In this document: one piece after another, positions 1-11,936 of the stretch | Layout: the number at the start of each line of letters is the position of its first letter | How positions within the stretch are numbered: the stretch's first letter is position 1 | Source of the DNA: Thelocarpon superellum | Lineage: Eukaryota | Length of the DNA: 64,000 bases | Assembly (NCBI GenBank): GCA_026025795.1 | Contig: JAPEUG010000046.1 | Span: 1 to 64,000 of the forward strand | Direction: 5' to 3' | Made by a program: the position numbers and the translations under genes | The notes under the pieces: generated by a model | The model's input: only the letters and a program-made list of their open reading frames with translations | What the model was told of the DNA's origin: nothing | Database searches by the model: none

Positions 1-819
1 CGTTATCCTGGAGGAAAACTTGGGGTTGGTGGCGTCGGAGCCAGTTGTACACTGACACCGGATTGCGCAGGGCTAGGTCGCGGTCTTTTTCGCGTTCGCT
101 GCATGCGCCATGTTTGCTGGAATAGGGGGGTTGGGCCGTCGGGTCGTCGACGGACTGGTCGAGGGCAAAGATGTATTCCTCTTCTTGTGCGGACGAGAGA
201 AAGGTGGGGGGGGGTGGTGAGGATTTGAGGGATTCCGGAATTTGGTCGATTGGGAGGGACGCCAGGGTCGTATGTGGTACGGATAGAAGTGATTTGAACG
301 GCTTGGGTCTGGTCTCCACCAGCGTCGCCTGCAGCTGATCGTAGTCCTCCGCGGAAATGCGTCCAGCTTCAAGATCCGCCGCGGCCTGTCCGAGCTTGGC
401 GCGATCCTCGGCCGAGGTGGATGAGTCGATGTCTGGCTCTAGCGCTGGCACGGCTGAGGAGGATGGCGTTGAGGAGTCGATGCCAAGGTCGTATCGGTGG
501 TGAGGTGGAATGTGGATGGATTCATTCACGTCGAGGAGGAGTTCGAGGAGTTGACTGCCATCATATCAGTCACGAGTCTCGAGAATTGCCCGTCGTGGCC
601 ACCTACTCGTTCCCTTCTGCCAGTCGTCGGGTCGTATCATGAGCTTGTTGCTCTTCCCGGAATAGCTGATCGCCTTCTCGCATCTTTTGCTCGAATTTGA
701 ACTTCATCTTTCGGAACTTCTTCCTGTGACGTTGTGAGACGGAGGCATCAAGGTGACCGTGGAAATACGTACTTCCATGACTTATACGTGGGCCTAGCCT
801 CCATCGCAATGGAGTCCAT
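1..819 (-). CDS. IEC3: INO80 chromatin-remodelling complex subunit Iec3 (3' end runs off the window)
   Basis: Spliced reading MDSIAMEARPTYKSWK|KKFRKMKFKFEQKMRE...ND|QLLELLLDVN...RNPVSVYNWLRRHQPQVFLQDN. ATG at 819, introns at 724-772 and about 555-606. These N- and C-terminal blocks are characteristic of fungal Iec3. Confidence 0.85.
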
Positions 820-1151
820 TGGGGCAGTATCAGGGTGGGCTCCCGCAGCATCACTCTGCATAGTCATCGAGGTGGAGATTCGCACAGAGTCGAGGCGATG
901 TTGCTAGAGTGGTGAGGGAAAGTCCGAGGTCATTTGGACTGAGAGACGTGGCTGAAGAAACGAGGCCGCGGCGGAGCCAACATCACGATCAACCATCCAC
1001 GGTGTTCCTTTGGCGCGTTGTTCCCTAGAAGTACGGGGAACCAGTGAGAGCAACTATACTGCCACTGTGGTTTCAGAGCCCGCCGTATATTTTCGTGGAT
1101 CAGGCGTGAGAAACTCCGGCAGCAATTCGCAAGAATCCCACTTCCGGCGGC
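820..1151. promoter_or_regulatory. Short bidirectional promoter region shared by IEC3 and RRP4
   Basis: Head-to-head start codons at 819 (-) and 1152 (+), about 330 bp apart. Confidence 0.55.
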
Positions 1152-2325
1152 ATGGCCATTACTATTCTACGGCCGGAACCACCCGTGGTCACGGCTTATC
1201 AGAATTCTGCAGATGGTGCGTTACATGAGGATGGCGACGGCGATGGCGACATGGACATGCGTGAAGATCGACGGCTGGAAAAGAAAGCGAAGACCTTGGG
1301 CGATTGTATTGTGACGCCCGGCGAAGTCGTAACGGACGATCCGCAATGGATGAGGTACTCCTACAGACAAGCCGAGAGTGAATTGCTAGAGCTGATCGGC
1401 GAGGTAGGGGCCATGGCACATTCGTATCTCCCGAGGCTACGAGCATCATTGCTACGGTGGCAGGCACGGTACAGAAGACCAACAAGTTGTTGTCCGTCCG
1501 TCCCATCCGTGCTCGATACACTCCAGAGATTGGTGACCTCGTCGTTGGACGTATTGTCGAGGTAGGGTAGAGTTCTCGAGGTTGGCGCTCCCAAATGCAA
1601 CCACTCATGCGCCGCTCCAGGTGCAAGCCAAGCGATGGCGGGTGGATGTCTCGGCGCCACTGTTGGCACAGTTGCCGTTGAGCGCCATCAACCTGCCGGG
1701 AGGCATCTTGCGGAAACGGACGAGCACCGACGAGCTCCAGATCCGGACCTTTTTCGCCGAAGGCGATCTAGTCGTGGCCGAGGTGCAGGCCATTCACCAG
1801 GACGGCTCGGCCTCCTTACATACCCGCAGCCTCAAGTACGGCAAGCTACGCAACGGCGTCTTCATGTCCGTCTCGGGCACCGGCGGCGGTGGAGGGGTGG
1901 TGCGGTCACGGCGGCAGGTCTGGACGGCCAAGACGGCGCATGGTGGAGGTGAGGTGAACGTGGTGTTGGGGGTGAACGGGTATCTCTGGATCGCAAGACA
2001 TGTCTCAAGCGACGTCGGCGCGAACAAGGTCTCGATCACGCGGCTGGAAGAAAGTGTGAGTGGCGCTATGTATTCGTCAGAGAACGACGAGATTCCGCCG
2101 GCGACGCGACGGGAGATGGCCCGAATCCTCGGCTGCATCCGAGCGCTGGTCGAGAGCGGGGTGCGCGTGGACGAAGAGACGGTCATGAAGGCGTATGCTG
2201 CGAGCGTGGAGCTGATGGAGCTGGACGACGCGGCAAACGCCGCAGGTGCCACAGGCGAGCTGTACCTCGGCGGGGCGAAAGGGCAAAAAGTGGTGGAAAT
2301 CGCTCTCGGCGAAATGGCCGAATGA
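1152..2325 (+). CDS. RRP4: Exosome complex S1/KH cap subunit Rrp4
   Basis: [20 protein letters not shown]...[25 protein letters not shown]...[15 protein letters not shown]...[14 protein letters not shown]...[11 protein letters not shown]. Two introns (about 1355-1407 and 1562-1620). Confidence 0.95.
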
Positions 2326-2910
2326 ACGAGCGAGCAAGCAAACGAACGAACGAAGAAGCGAATGATCTCATCAGCCATCACCCTGCTCGACAGGCCTTGT
2401 TTCTTAACTCCGTATTTATCCCAGTGTGCAGATACCGATTGGAGAAAGTGTGCTCCGACAACCCCGTAGCATTACCAATCATGGCCATCCTTTTTCCATC
2501 GACTCATTCCACTTGAGCCAGCGGGGCCGTTTGAGGAAGGCCGGCGTGGCGCACGTACCGAGCTCGAATTATTCCACCTACCGAACGTCGGCAGCTCCAT
2601 CACGAGCTTCACCCACCGCTGCCGAGAGCCAAATCCCTCTCCAATCGCCAGGATGCCCACGTCATGCCGACGGTCCGATCAGTGCACTCCCACGCACGGC
2701 TTGAACCTTGAGCAGTCAATTGGTGCAGGCCGAAATGCTCCCACGGCCAGGCTCCGTCGTGGGCGTCACCGCGGCCGCTCCACGCCGCTCCGGTGGCGCC
2801 TTACAAATAGGCCGTCGCCGCGCTCAACAGGGTACCGTTGGCTCTGTCCATCTTGAAGCTGCAATCCCTCTTCTCTTCTCGCGTACGACACACCCGTGAT
2901 ATCCAGCACC

Positions 2911-4269
2911 ATGGCGATTGACTTGACCGTCTTTAAGGGGTCGAAAGGAGGCAAAGTCGTCAAGTCTGTCGCCCATCGCGATGGTCTGAAGGGCGATGAG
3001 GTTCTAGTCAAGATGACCCACTCGGGGGTCTGTGGCACCGACCTCCACTATCGAGGTGCCGATATGGTGTTGGGCCACGAGGGGGCCGGCGTGGTCCAAG
3101 AGCTTGGCCCCGAGGTCGTGGACTTTCAGGTGTAAGCTCCCTCACCGCCATGGCGTTCCTAGCAGGCGGACGCACACTAACCATGGGGTTCATCGTAGCG
3201 GTGATCGTGTGGGCTTTGGATACCTCCACCAGACGTGCGGGCATTGCCAGCAGTGTCTCCTCGGCAACGAGGTCTTCTGCCCGGAACGCCATATGTACGG
3301 CGGCGCGGAGACGGATAAAGGCTCCTTTGGCTCGCACATGGTCTGGCGTGCCGCCTACCTCTTCCACATCCCCGACGCGATCAAGTCGGAAGATGCGGCG
3401 CCGCTGATGTGCGGGGGCGCCACCGTCTTCAACGTCCTCCACACGTTTGGGGTCCAACCGACGGACCGCATAGGCATCATCGGCGTCGGGGGCTTGGGCC
3501 ATCTCGCCATCCAGTTCGCCGCCAAGATGGGCTGTGAGGTGGTCGTCTTTTCCGGTACGGACAGCAAGAAAGAGCAAGCGCTCCAACTTGGCGCGTCGGA
3601 GTTCTATGCTACCAAGGATGCCACGGAGCTGAAGATTGGCAAGCCGGTCAATCACCTGATCGTCACCACCAGCGCCCAGCCCGACTGGAAACTGTGCGTC
3701 ACCTCCTACCCTGGTCGATGTGCGAGCGACGCTAACCTGATAATGTCAGATATATCCCCACGCTCGCCGCCAATGCGGGCATCTTCCCGCTGTCGGTGTC
3801 GCGGGAGAACTTTGTCATGCCCTACGGTGCGCTGCTGATGCAGGGTCTCCGCGTCCAAGGCTCGCTGGTGGCCAGCCGCGGCGTGCACAACAAGATGTTG
3901 CGATTTGCCGCGGTCCACGGCATCAAGCCGATCATCCAAACTTTTCCCATGAATGTCCAGGGCATCGAGGAGTGCATCGAGACCCTGGACCAGGGCCGGA
4001 TGCGGTACAGGGGAGTCCTGGTGGTCGAGGACGAGGAGAAGGTGATGAATGGTCAAGAGGCGATACCTGCGTACGCGGAGACGCCCGTGAATGGTCATAA
4101 GGCGCCGACAAACGGAGGGGAAAGCTCGAGTAACGCACCGGCGACCAATAGTGTGGAGCCGTCGACCAATGGTCTGGAGACATCGAACACGGCTCCGGAG
4201 ACCTCCACTAATGGCCAGGAGACTGCCGAGGCTGGCCAAGGGGCGTCGGTCGGCTCTCCGCGATTGTAG
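2911..4269 (+). CDS. Zn-dependent medium-chain alcohol dehydrogenase (cinnamyl-alcohol-dehydrogenase-like) with a low-complexity C-terminal extension
   Basis: GVCGTDLH and GHEGAG motifs, structural Zn site CGHCQQC...C, APLMCGGATV, Rossmann GVGGLGHL and terminal RYRGVLV. Introns at about 3132-3198 and 3693-3749. Confidence 0.93.
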
Positions 4270-5030
4270 CATATCATACCATGGCGGAAGCGATTGCAGT
4301 TTCCTGCCCTTAATAGTCTCGAATAGACGAATCAATTCAGCTTTCATCTCAACTGCGGTGTCTTTTCCAACCTATCCTATCAGTCTCCACGATGAGAACC
4401 GCAATCATGAACTTGTCTTTCACGTAAGCCGGAAGATATTTCGGTCGTCGAAATGGCCCAGACGTTCCACATATCCTCTTACCGAACCTCCCTGGGGCCT
4501 TCATACCGAAAGCCGTGGCCAGTTATGGAGAGGGTGGCGGTCGCGTGGCTTGCGAACCCTCCGTAGGCGAGACCTATGCCTTGCTCCACCGCAGCAACGC
4601 CGGATTGGACGACGGATCTTCAGCCCTCATGACGTTGGTTCAGATCTTAACTCAGTTGCGGCGAGGATTCTGACGAAAGATTGCTAGCCTTTCTCTCCAT
4701 TCAGATTCCCTCATCGCTGTCGCGATCAACCTGCATCGCGAGGAATAGGTAATGATGGTCCGTCGGCGTATCTCTCCACCGGCTGTGCCGAGGTGCGTAG
4801 ATCCTCCGGGGCCTCTAACCCATCACGGCCCTTCTCCGCATCCAGCAGGGAGCGGCCAAGAAATGTGACGGAAGTACGCCACTGTCCATCAAGCCCAGCA
4901 ACGTATCCTTCCACGACACAATTAAGCTGAATCGTGCTCTCTGGACTATATACGACGTCGACTGATTCTGCTGCACGGCCCTGACGCTCGTAGACGCATT
5001 GAAAGCCACTCCTTGAAGCTCGCCGCCATC

Positions 5031-6770
5031 ATGGCCCAAGCTGCTGTACCACCATTCACTCACACTCCCGTTGACGCCATCGGCCCCGCCGTCGATCGGA
5101 TTCGAGACACCTTCTTCTCACAGAAAACCAAAGATGTACAGTATCGATTGGTGCAACTCCGAAGGCTGTATTGGGGGTAAGCCTGCTGCATCGTGATGAG
5201 CGTGCACAGAACGGAGGCTGACATGATGGATTGGTAGGGTCAAAGATAACGAGGAAGCCCTCCTCGAAGCCCTCCGACTTGATCTCGGCAAGCAGGCCTT
5301 TGAGTCGTACCTCACCGAGGTCAACTGGGTCGAAGGCGACATCGTCTTCGTGTGTAACAACCTGGAGAGGTGGGCCAAGGACAAGAAGGCCGACGACATC
5401 CCCTTGACGACCTCCATCGTCAGACCCAAGATCCGACATGACCCGCTCGGCGCCATCCTGGTGATTGGCGCCTACAACTTCCCCGTTCAACTTTCCCTGG
5501 GCCCCTTGATTGGGGCCATGGCGGCCGGATGCACGGCCATCCTGAAACCGAGCGAGGGCTCGCCCAACACGGCGGCGGTGATGCAGCGCATCATCGAGAA
5601 CTATCTGGACCCCTCCGCCTACGGCGTGGTCCAGGGTGCCGTGCCGGAAACGACGGCGCTGCTGAACCAGAAATGGGACAAGATCTTCTACACCGGCGGC
5701 GGTGTCGTGGGCAAGATCATCGCCAAGAAGGCAGCGGAGACGCTCACACCGGTCGCCCTCGAGCTCGGCGGCCTGAACCCAGCCATCATCACCAAACACG
5801 CCGATACCAAGTTGGCGGCGAAGCGGCTGCTGTGGGGTAAGACGCACAATGCCGGTCAGGTGTGCATCTCCCACAATTATACCATGGTCGACAAGGAGGT
5901 CCTACCGACTTTCATCGAGCACCTCAAGGCCAGCTTGGGGGAATTCTTCCCCAACGGCGCCAAGGCGTCGCCGGATTACGGACGCATCGTCAACACGCGT
6001 CATTTCCAGCGCATGGAGAAGATCTTGAAGAGCACCAAGGGCAAGGTTCTGGTGGGCGGCGAGCTCGACGAAAAGGAGCGCTTCATCGAGCCGACGGTGG
6101 TGCTGGTCGACAGCATCGACGACTCGATGATCCAGGAGGAGAGCTTCGGGCCGCTGATGCCGCTGCTCGCGGTAGAGAATCTCGACCAAGCCATCCACCT
6201 GGCCAATCAGGTCATGGGCACGCCTCTCTCGCTCATGACCTTTGGCACCAAAGCCGAAACGGATCGGATTCTCCGAGAGGTGCGGTCGGGCGGAGCGTCG
6301 GTCAATGATGCCTACTTCCACGCGGCCATCCCCACGCTTGCCTTTGGCGGAGTGGGCGAGTCCGGCACGGGGGCATATCGCGGCAAGGCATCATTTGACT
6401 GCTTCACGCACCAGCGGTCCATCACCTCGACGCCGACGTGGGCCGAGTCGTTGATCGCCTTCCGCTACCCGCCCTTCGTCGGCACAAACAAGCAGAAGAT
6501 GATGCAGCGCATGACCAAGGTCAAGGCCAACTTTGACCGCGACGGCCGCGTCCATTTGGGCATCATCACCTGGATCCTGACTCTGGGCGGGGGTAGCGTG
6601 CAGAGTGCGCTCGGGCGATTCTTCGTTGCCATCCTTGGTACGTGGCGCTGCCCGTGATAACACGAGCACCCCGGGCGTGATTACGAAGATCTGATTACGG
6701 TGGTTGCTGACGCGACGAAACAGCGGCTTTTGGCATCAAGCAATATATGGACCGGAGCTACAAGGTTTGA
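5031..6770 (+). CDS. ALDH3-family aldehyde dehydrogenase (fatty aldehyde dehydrogenase / apocarotenoid aldehyde oxidase-like) with a C-terminal membrane anchor
   Basis: Exon 1 MAQAAVPPFTHTPVDAI...RLVQLRRLYWG, then IGAYNFP, LKPSE, FYTGG, LELGG, catalytic GQVC, EESFGP and FGGVGESG. Hydrophobic tail; last exon 6724-6770 ends in TGA. Confidence 0.93.
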
Positions 6771-9152
6771 GGGTTGAGGGTTGAGGGTTGAAGTTCGAGG
6801 AATGCTTCCTGGGCGGTGAGGCAACAGAATGAGCATGTACTACGGTACATGTATGTGACGGCACAATGTTAGATTTGATTGATGTACACTATTCACCATT
6901 CACCATTCAGTACGCAGAATCCTTCCTTGGTCAGAATGTACGTCTGAAAGTTGATCTGTCGCCGACGCCGTCGCCGTCGCGGAAGCTGCAACGGCGTCGG
7001 CCGCAGGCATCAGAGTTTTCAAAATCCTGATCCTGGCATGAGTGATGACGGAGTCCGGGGATGTAGACAACGGAAGGAAAGTGGCAGCGTTCGACCCGCT
7101 CAAGCCTCCTAACCGGACCTAGTTTAGTGTGAGCGTTTCCGCCTTTTTCCCCAGGATCTCCAGAGTCTTGTCGCTATGCGAGGGGGAAAATGCGGGGAAG
7201 GAGTCCGGGGGGAGGGACCACACTCAGGGGTGATATTGGCGCGTGTTGCAAGCAAGTACTTGTGATCAGGTCTGTGAGAGTGTTGGAGGGTTAGACTAAT
7301 GGTTCGGGCCTATTTTCCATAGTCGAGAGGCGACGCATAGGGTCGAGGGTCGTCGATCGCGACCGGAGGTCCAGTACCAGTCCGGAGTCAGGATGAGCGA
7401 GCAAGTTTCCATCAACCGTGCACGATGGAAGGTGTGCAGATCGATCGAGTGCGTAGAATAGTGCGATGATGAACGCGTGGGTCCCCCTTTTTCGCTCGCT
7501 GGCTCGATCTCAGTCGCTTGAAGGAAGCCACCAGATTGACCACGAGATCGTTGGCGTGCTGGAGATGCTCATCAGCGTCGTCGAGCTCGTCATCCATGTG
7601 CTCGCACAATAGGCGGGTGCTGTTTCGTGCACTGTCCATGGCTGGTGACCTGACCACCGCCGCGTGATTGGGCCGATGCTAGGATTGTCGATCGACGTCA
7701 CTTTCGAGGCATTTTCCCCGTCTGAGGCCGCACAGGCCTGTGACCCTGACCCTGACCCCTGTCGTCGCTGTTGCTGTCGCCATCCGAATCAAAGGGCCGC
7801 CACCTGGAGGGACTTCATCACGCCATGACCTCAGCAGATGACCTCAAACGACGTAGCATGGGATTTTGGGCCGGAGAGTAGGGCCGCAGAGTAGGGCCCA
7901 TGGCGACAGGACGGCGGAGCCCCGCACCGACCACGAAGAGATTTTCCTGTTGTTCAGTGGCTCCAGCAAACATTGCATGGTCCGTGCCGACGCAAAGCGT
8001 CCAAGTCACGACTCGTCATGGGCCAAGGTGGACCATCTCCGCTCCGGGTGGATCACGATGGCCCGGTGTTAGGTAAGAGGTCATTGGGCGTGACGGGAGC
8101 GGAGGGGCGGAGTGGACCAACTACGCCAATTTGCATGCAGAAGCCGGAGCGCCGGCGACGGATGTGCAGCAGATGAAAAGCGGCGAGGGATTTCCGAGAG
8201 GGGAGACCTGCGGCGTTGCCACATCTCAGACACCTCGGTTTGATTGCCGCTTTACGCAGGGAGCGTGTCCGATTGGCGTTGCCGAGCCTGGACCCCTCGT
8301 TGATTACGAGTACGAGTCATTACTCGTCGGCACCGCGCCTCACGCTTCCATACTTCACGCTTCACCACACCGCTACGCGTGCTCGGCCGGGGCCTTGCCT
8401 GTTTACTCCAAGGCCGTGACCCACTCCTTGTCAGCAGGGTCTGTGCAGTCCATGTCGACCGTCGTAGAAGCGGCAACGTGCCACCAATGAGGCATAGAGG
8501 CCAGAGGCAGAGGGGCATGGTGGAGGCCGGCGGACGAATGTGCTTGGACGATTGGCCCAGGTCAAAGCCTTGGGTTATTTTCCATTCGAGTTTCGGGAAA
8601 GCGCGCATCGCAACGCCCAGGCCACGGGGACCCGGTGTTGGTGCCCGGTGCCCGATGCCCGTTGCCTATGCCCATGCCCGATTGACAGGGCAGTCCGACG
8701 CGGCGCCGCATCCTGACGCGTTGGCATCGTCTGCGGGGCCTAGACTGTGGCGAAGGGCGAACAGTGAGGATGGAACGATCGACCAGGCACGTCGGGGGTC
8801 CTTCCGCCAAGTTGGGGGAAACCCGTCGTCGTCAGATCGACGGGTTCGAGGTTGACGGGGCGCGCGCAGGCCGCCGTAACGGACAAGACGAGCGTCCTGA
8901 ACGGGTTCTGGTACGCTGGGGCTTAGGCGGTATTGGACGAAAGGGAGGGATAGGATCGCCTCCATGCCGGTAGTGGTACGACGGAGGATGCCATGGAACG
9001 CAACACAAGCGACTCGGCTGCAGCCGAGATGGCACCATGGGTTATCCGCATCGGGTCTGATCTGAATCACGGTCAACCGCGAAGCACCGAGGGACCAGGA
9101 CCCGTTGCCGCGCCTGCAAACCCCGACCAAGACCGGTCATGCACCGGTAGTC

Positions 9153-9183
9153 AGTGGGTTAGTGGGTTAGTGGGTTAGTGGGT
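9153..9183 (+). repeat. (AGTGGGTT) x3.9 telomere-like tandem repeat and G-quadruplex motif
   Basis: agtgggtt-agtgggtt-agtgggtt-agtgggt, with four GGG tracts separated by 5-nt loops. Confidence 0.85.
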
Positions 9184-9708
9184 CGTGGAGGTGGTGGCGG
9201 TCGATGGCGTCGTGCGTCCGTGGGCTGTCGCCTTCGCCCAGGCCCGTCGGTGCGCGGCGGGGATACCGCTCCAGCCTTCCCTTCCCTTCCCCACCCCAGG
9301 CCTTGTCAAGTATAAGAAGCTGGGTAGGGTGACGCACGCTTCCGTCGGCTTTTTAGTACCCGGCTCTGATTAAGATGTGATGTGATTTATGTGGATCTGC
9401 TGTCTTGGATCACCCATAGGATTTCAAAGACGTCGAGACACCGTTTCCTTGGAGATCTTGCTTCTCCGTCCATGACGCCTTTTGGCTCTTCTTGGACATC
9501 CTACCTCTGATACATGGTGACCTGGTCGCCGCCTCCCCACCTACAAATACCACTTCCGTGTCGTCGGCAGGCCTTCGATTCTCTATCTTTGCTACTCTCT
9601 CTCCACCATCGCACGCCGCCTCTCATCATATGTGCTCTCGTCCGCCATCACGGTGACAGACTCGACCCCACCTACCTACCTACCACCGCCGCTGCCGCCA
9701 TCAGCACC

Positions 9709-10341
9709 ATGACGTTTACCTTCCTGGAACCCCTCCCGACCGCTCTCTCCTCTCTGTATGCACATTTTGGCCGATCTGGCAGCAACGACGGTGGCGCCGA
9801 GGCTCCCAGTCCAGGCTCGAGCTATCAGTCCAATAGCAACAGCAGCAGTCGAAGTAGCATGGACCTGACCCCGAGCGGTGTCCAACACCAAGCCATACCC
9901 GTTCCCACTGCGACCGCAACGTCAATCATCCACACCACGTACACGAGCAACACGAATGGCTCAAGAACACACCCGACGTCTGTCGTGGACTCGAGACCGT
10001 TCCGCGGCAGTTGTAGTCGAACCACCGCCGCCGCCAAAGTACCCAGCACCGACATCTACCCGGTCAGCCAATGGACGATCTTCGCCTTTGACGAAGAGCT
10101 AGACCATCTTCGCCGCCGCGGAGGCTGCGACAGCCATCGCCGCGTCGCGCCCATCTACCACGTCGGTGGCGGCCGCGGCGCAAGCGGTGCAGCGGCGCGA
10201 GCGGCGGCTGCCGCAGCCGAAGCGTCAAACCACCATCCTTACAGCAGTGGCTCGGACGATAGTGAAGATGACGCGATGGCTCGGTGGCGGAGAGGAAAGG
10301 AACGATATGGCGGTGCAGCGTATCCACATCTAGACTTATGA
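9709..10341 (+). CDS. Orphan Ser/Thr/Ala-rich hypothetical protein (about 210 aa; the ORF is open from 9514)
   Basis: Long stop-free ORF with CACCATG context at 9709, an upstream TATAAG at about 9311, a CT-rich leader and a pyrimidine-rich 3' region. No recognisable domain. Confidence 0.55.
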   Translation: MTFTFLEPLPTALSSLYAHFGRSGSNDGGAEAPSPGSSYQSNSNSSSRSSMDLTPSGVQHQAIPVPTATATSIIHTTYTSNTNGSRTHPTSVVDSRPFRGSCSRTTAAAKVPSTDIYPVSQWTIFAFDEELDHLRRRGGCDSHRRVAPIYHVGGGRGASGAAARAAAAAAEASNHHPYSSGSDDSEDDAMARWRRGKERYGGAAYPHLDL

Positions 10342-10425
10342 TTGCTCTCCTTTCATTCTTTCTTTCTCTTCTCCCTCTCTGGCCGAGTTACGAGTCTCAT
10401 ATCACGTTAGTCTTACCTCATCATA

Positions 10426-10872
10426 TCATATCATAGCATGGCGGGGCTTGGGATCAGGATCTGCATCGGTTCTGGACGGATTGGAACCGGTCCGGACTGG
10501 ACTGGACCAGAACGGTCGAGCCAGGGCGGTGATCTGCAGGTCTTGATTGGATTGGATTGGAAAGGAATCGAATTGAATCGACACGTCAATGGCATCTTGA
10601 TAGAAGAGAGTGGAGCCGCCTATGCGGCGTCTATCAGTGACTAAGACCGAGTGGAGTATTGTGTCGAGTACCTTTACGCCACATCTCCTTTCGAACCGAA
10701 CGGCTTCGCATCCGTACACACTACCACTACCACTATGTGGACAAGTGGGTGCCGAGCTTCCATTGCCCCAACCACTATCACTCCAGGCTGGGACTGGGAT
10801 TGGGACAGCGACGACAGTCATGGAGTAAAGAGTCAGCGCAAGCGCGCAGATGAGTGAGTTGAAGTGCTTCAT
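10426..10872 (-). CDS. Putative small secreted protein (3' structure uncertain)
   Basis: Signal-peptide-like MKHFNSLICALALTLYSMTVVA-VP followed by a Gly/Ser/Cys-rich segment. A possible intron follows ...RRCG (gtaaag...ctgatag). The distal part of the ORF looks UTR-like (CCAAT and CCAGT microrepeats). Confidence 0.45.
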   Translation of the reverse strand: MKHFNSLICALALTLYSMTVVAVPIPVPAWSDSGWGNGSSAPTCPHSGSGSVYGCEAVRFERRCGVKVLDTILHSVLVTDRRRIGGSTLFYQDAIDVSIQFDSFPIQSNQDLQITALARPFWSSPVRTGSNPSRTDADPDPKPRHAMI

Positions 10873-11522
10873 CGCAGAAGGTTGGCTGGAACAGAGGAGG
10901 CAGCGTCTTCTTCCAGGACAGGGATCGTATGGTTATTATTGGGTCCAAGCGATACGGTCAGAGAGCGCGGATGCGCGAGAGCTATATGGGGCATGCTACA
11001 ATGAGAGCTGATGAAAGAATTGACACTCCTCTGTCATCAATCGTGCGAGAACCTATCTTGAGGGACAGCAGGTGAGGGAGTTGTTGAAATGAAACCAACT
11101 CCTCAAGTGGTAGTTGCTGATGTTTGACAAGTAAATAGTTGGTTGCGATGCCGTTGAGCACTCGAGCCTGAATCGTCGGCTGTAGGCATTTGAGCTGAGT
11201 TGTGAATGATGACTACGTAGCTACTAGCTAGTACGAGAGCAGCTACGCGTACATGGTAGGAGTGGGAGATTACTAATCTATTACTTAGTTCATTATACAG
11301 GTAGGCACGAACGCGATGCGGTCATGTGCACGCCCTTACGCGGCTAACTCTGCTATGCTCCGTTGGTCCGTTGGAGAAATTATTCCTTTTCCATCAAGTG
11401 TTCTGCGCCTTTTCTCACATCTGCCATTCCCCGTTGTTTCATCTAGGGTCCATCATATCCACGCCAACCCTATCCTAACTTCGATACAACTCACATCCAG
11501 CAAGGTTACTTTCCAAGATTAA

Positions 11523-11936
11523 CTAGGTGTTTGCCTTCCTGGTACCTGTGTAGCAGGACCAGGGGCCACCAGAGTACCCAGCACCGTTGTAAGTAAAAAC
11601 ACAAGCATTCACAGGTGCGGTTACTGGAACATCAAAGTCGGGAAAGGTCGATGAGACACCGTGAACCTCGTACTGGTTGCCGTTGTAAGAGCAGATGTAA
11701 TGTCCTGGTTTCGACGCCAGTGCTTCCGGAGTACTTGTGCCGTTGCATTCGAGGTAGGGCACGTCAATCTGGCTGCCCCACGGCGGACCATAGTCCCTCA
11801 GATCCTAGTGGGAGAGAAGTGTGTCAGGTCGTCATCGCTGCGGCACGGGACATGAGAGCCGAAGAGCACGTACGGCATGGACCACGACTGCCGATGCCAC
11901 ACTCAGCACGAGGGCATAGACGTTGGTGAAGTGCAT
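11523..11936 (-). CDS. Small secreted Cys-containing protein, 114 aa (effector-like)
   Basis: Exon 1 (11874-11936) is the signal peptide MHFTNVYALVLSVASAVVVHA. Phase-0 intron 11805-11873 (gtacgt...ctgac...tag). Exon 2 (11523-11804) reads DLRDYGPPWGSQIDVPYLECNG...SCYTGTRKANT*. TATATAAA lies about 120 bp upstream. Confidence 0.8.

Noticed and set aside
7412..7657. Short - strand ORF with helical, acidic character (MDDELDDADEHLQHANDL...)
   Set aside because: No convincing start or exon structure and no family motif; cannot be supported.
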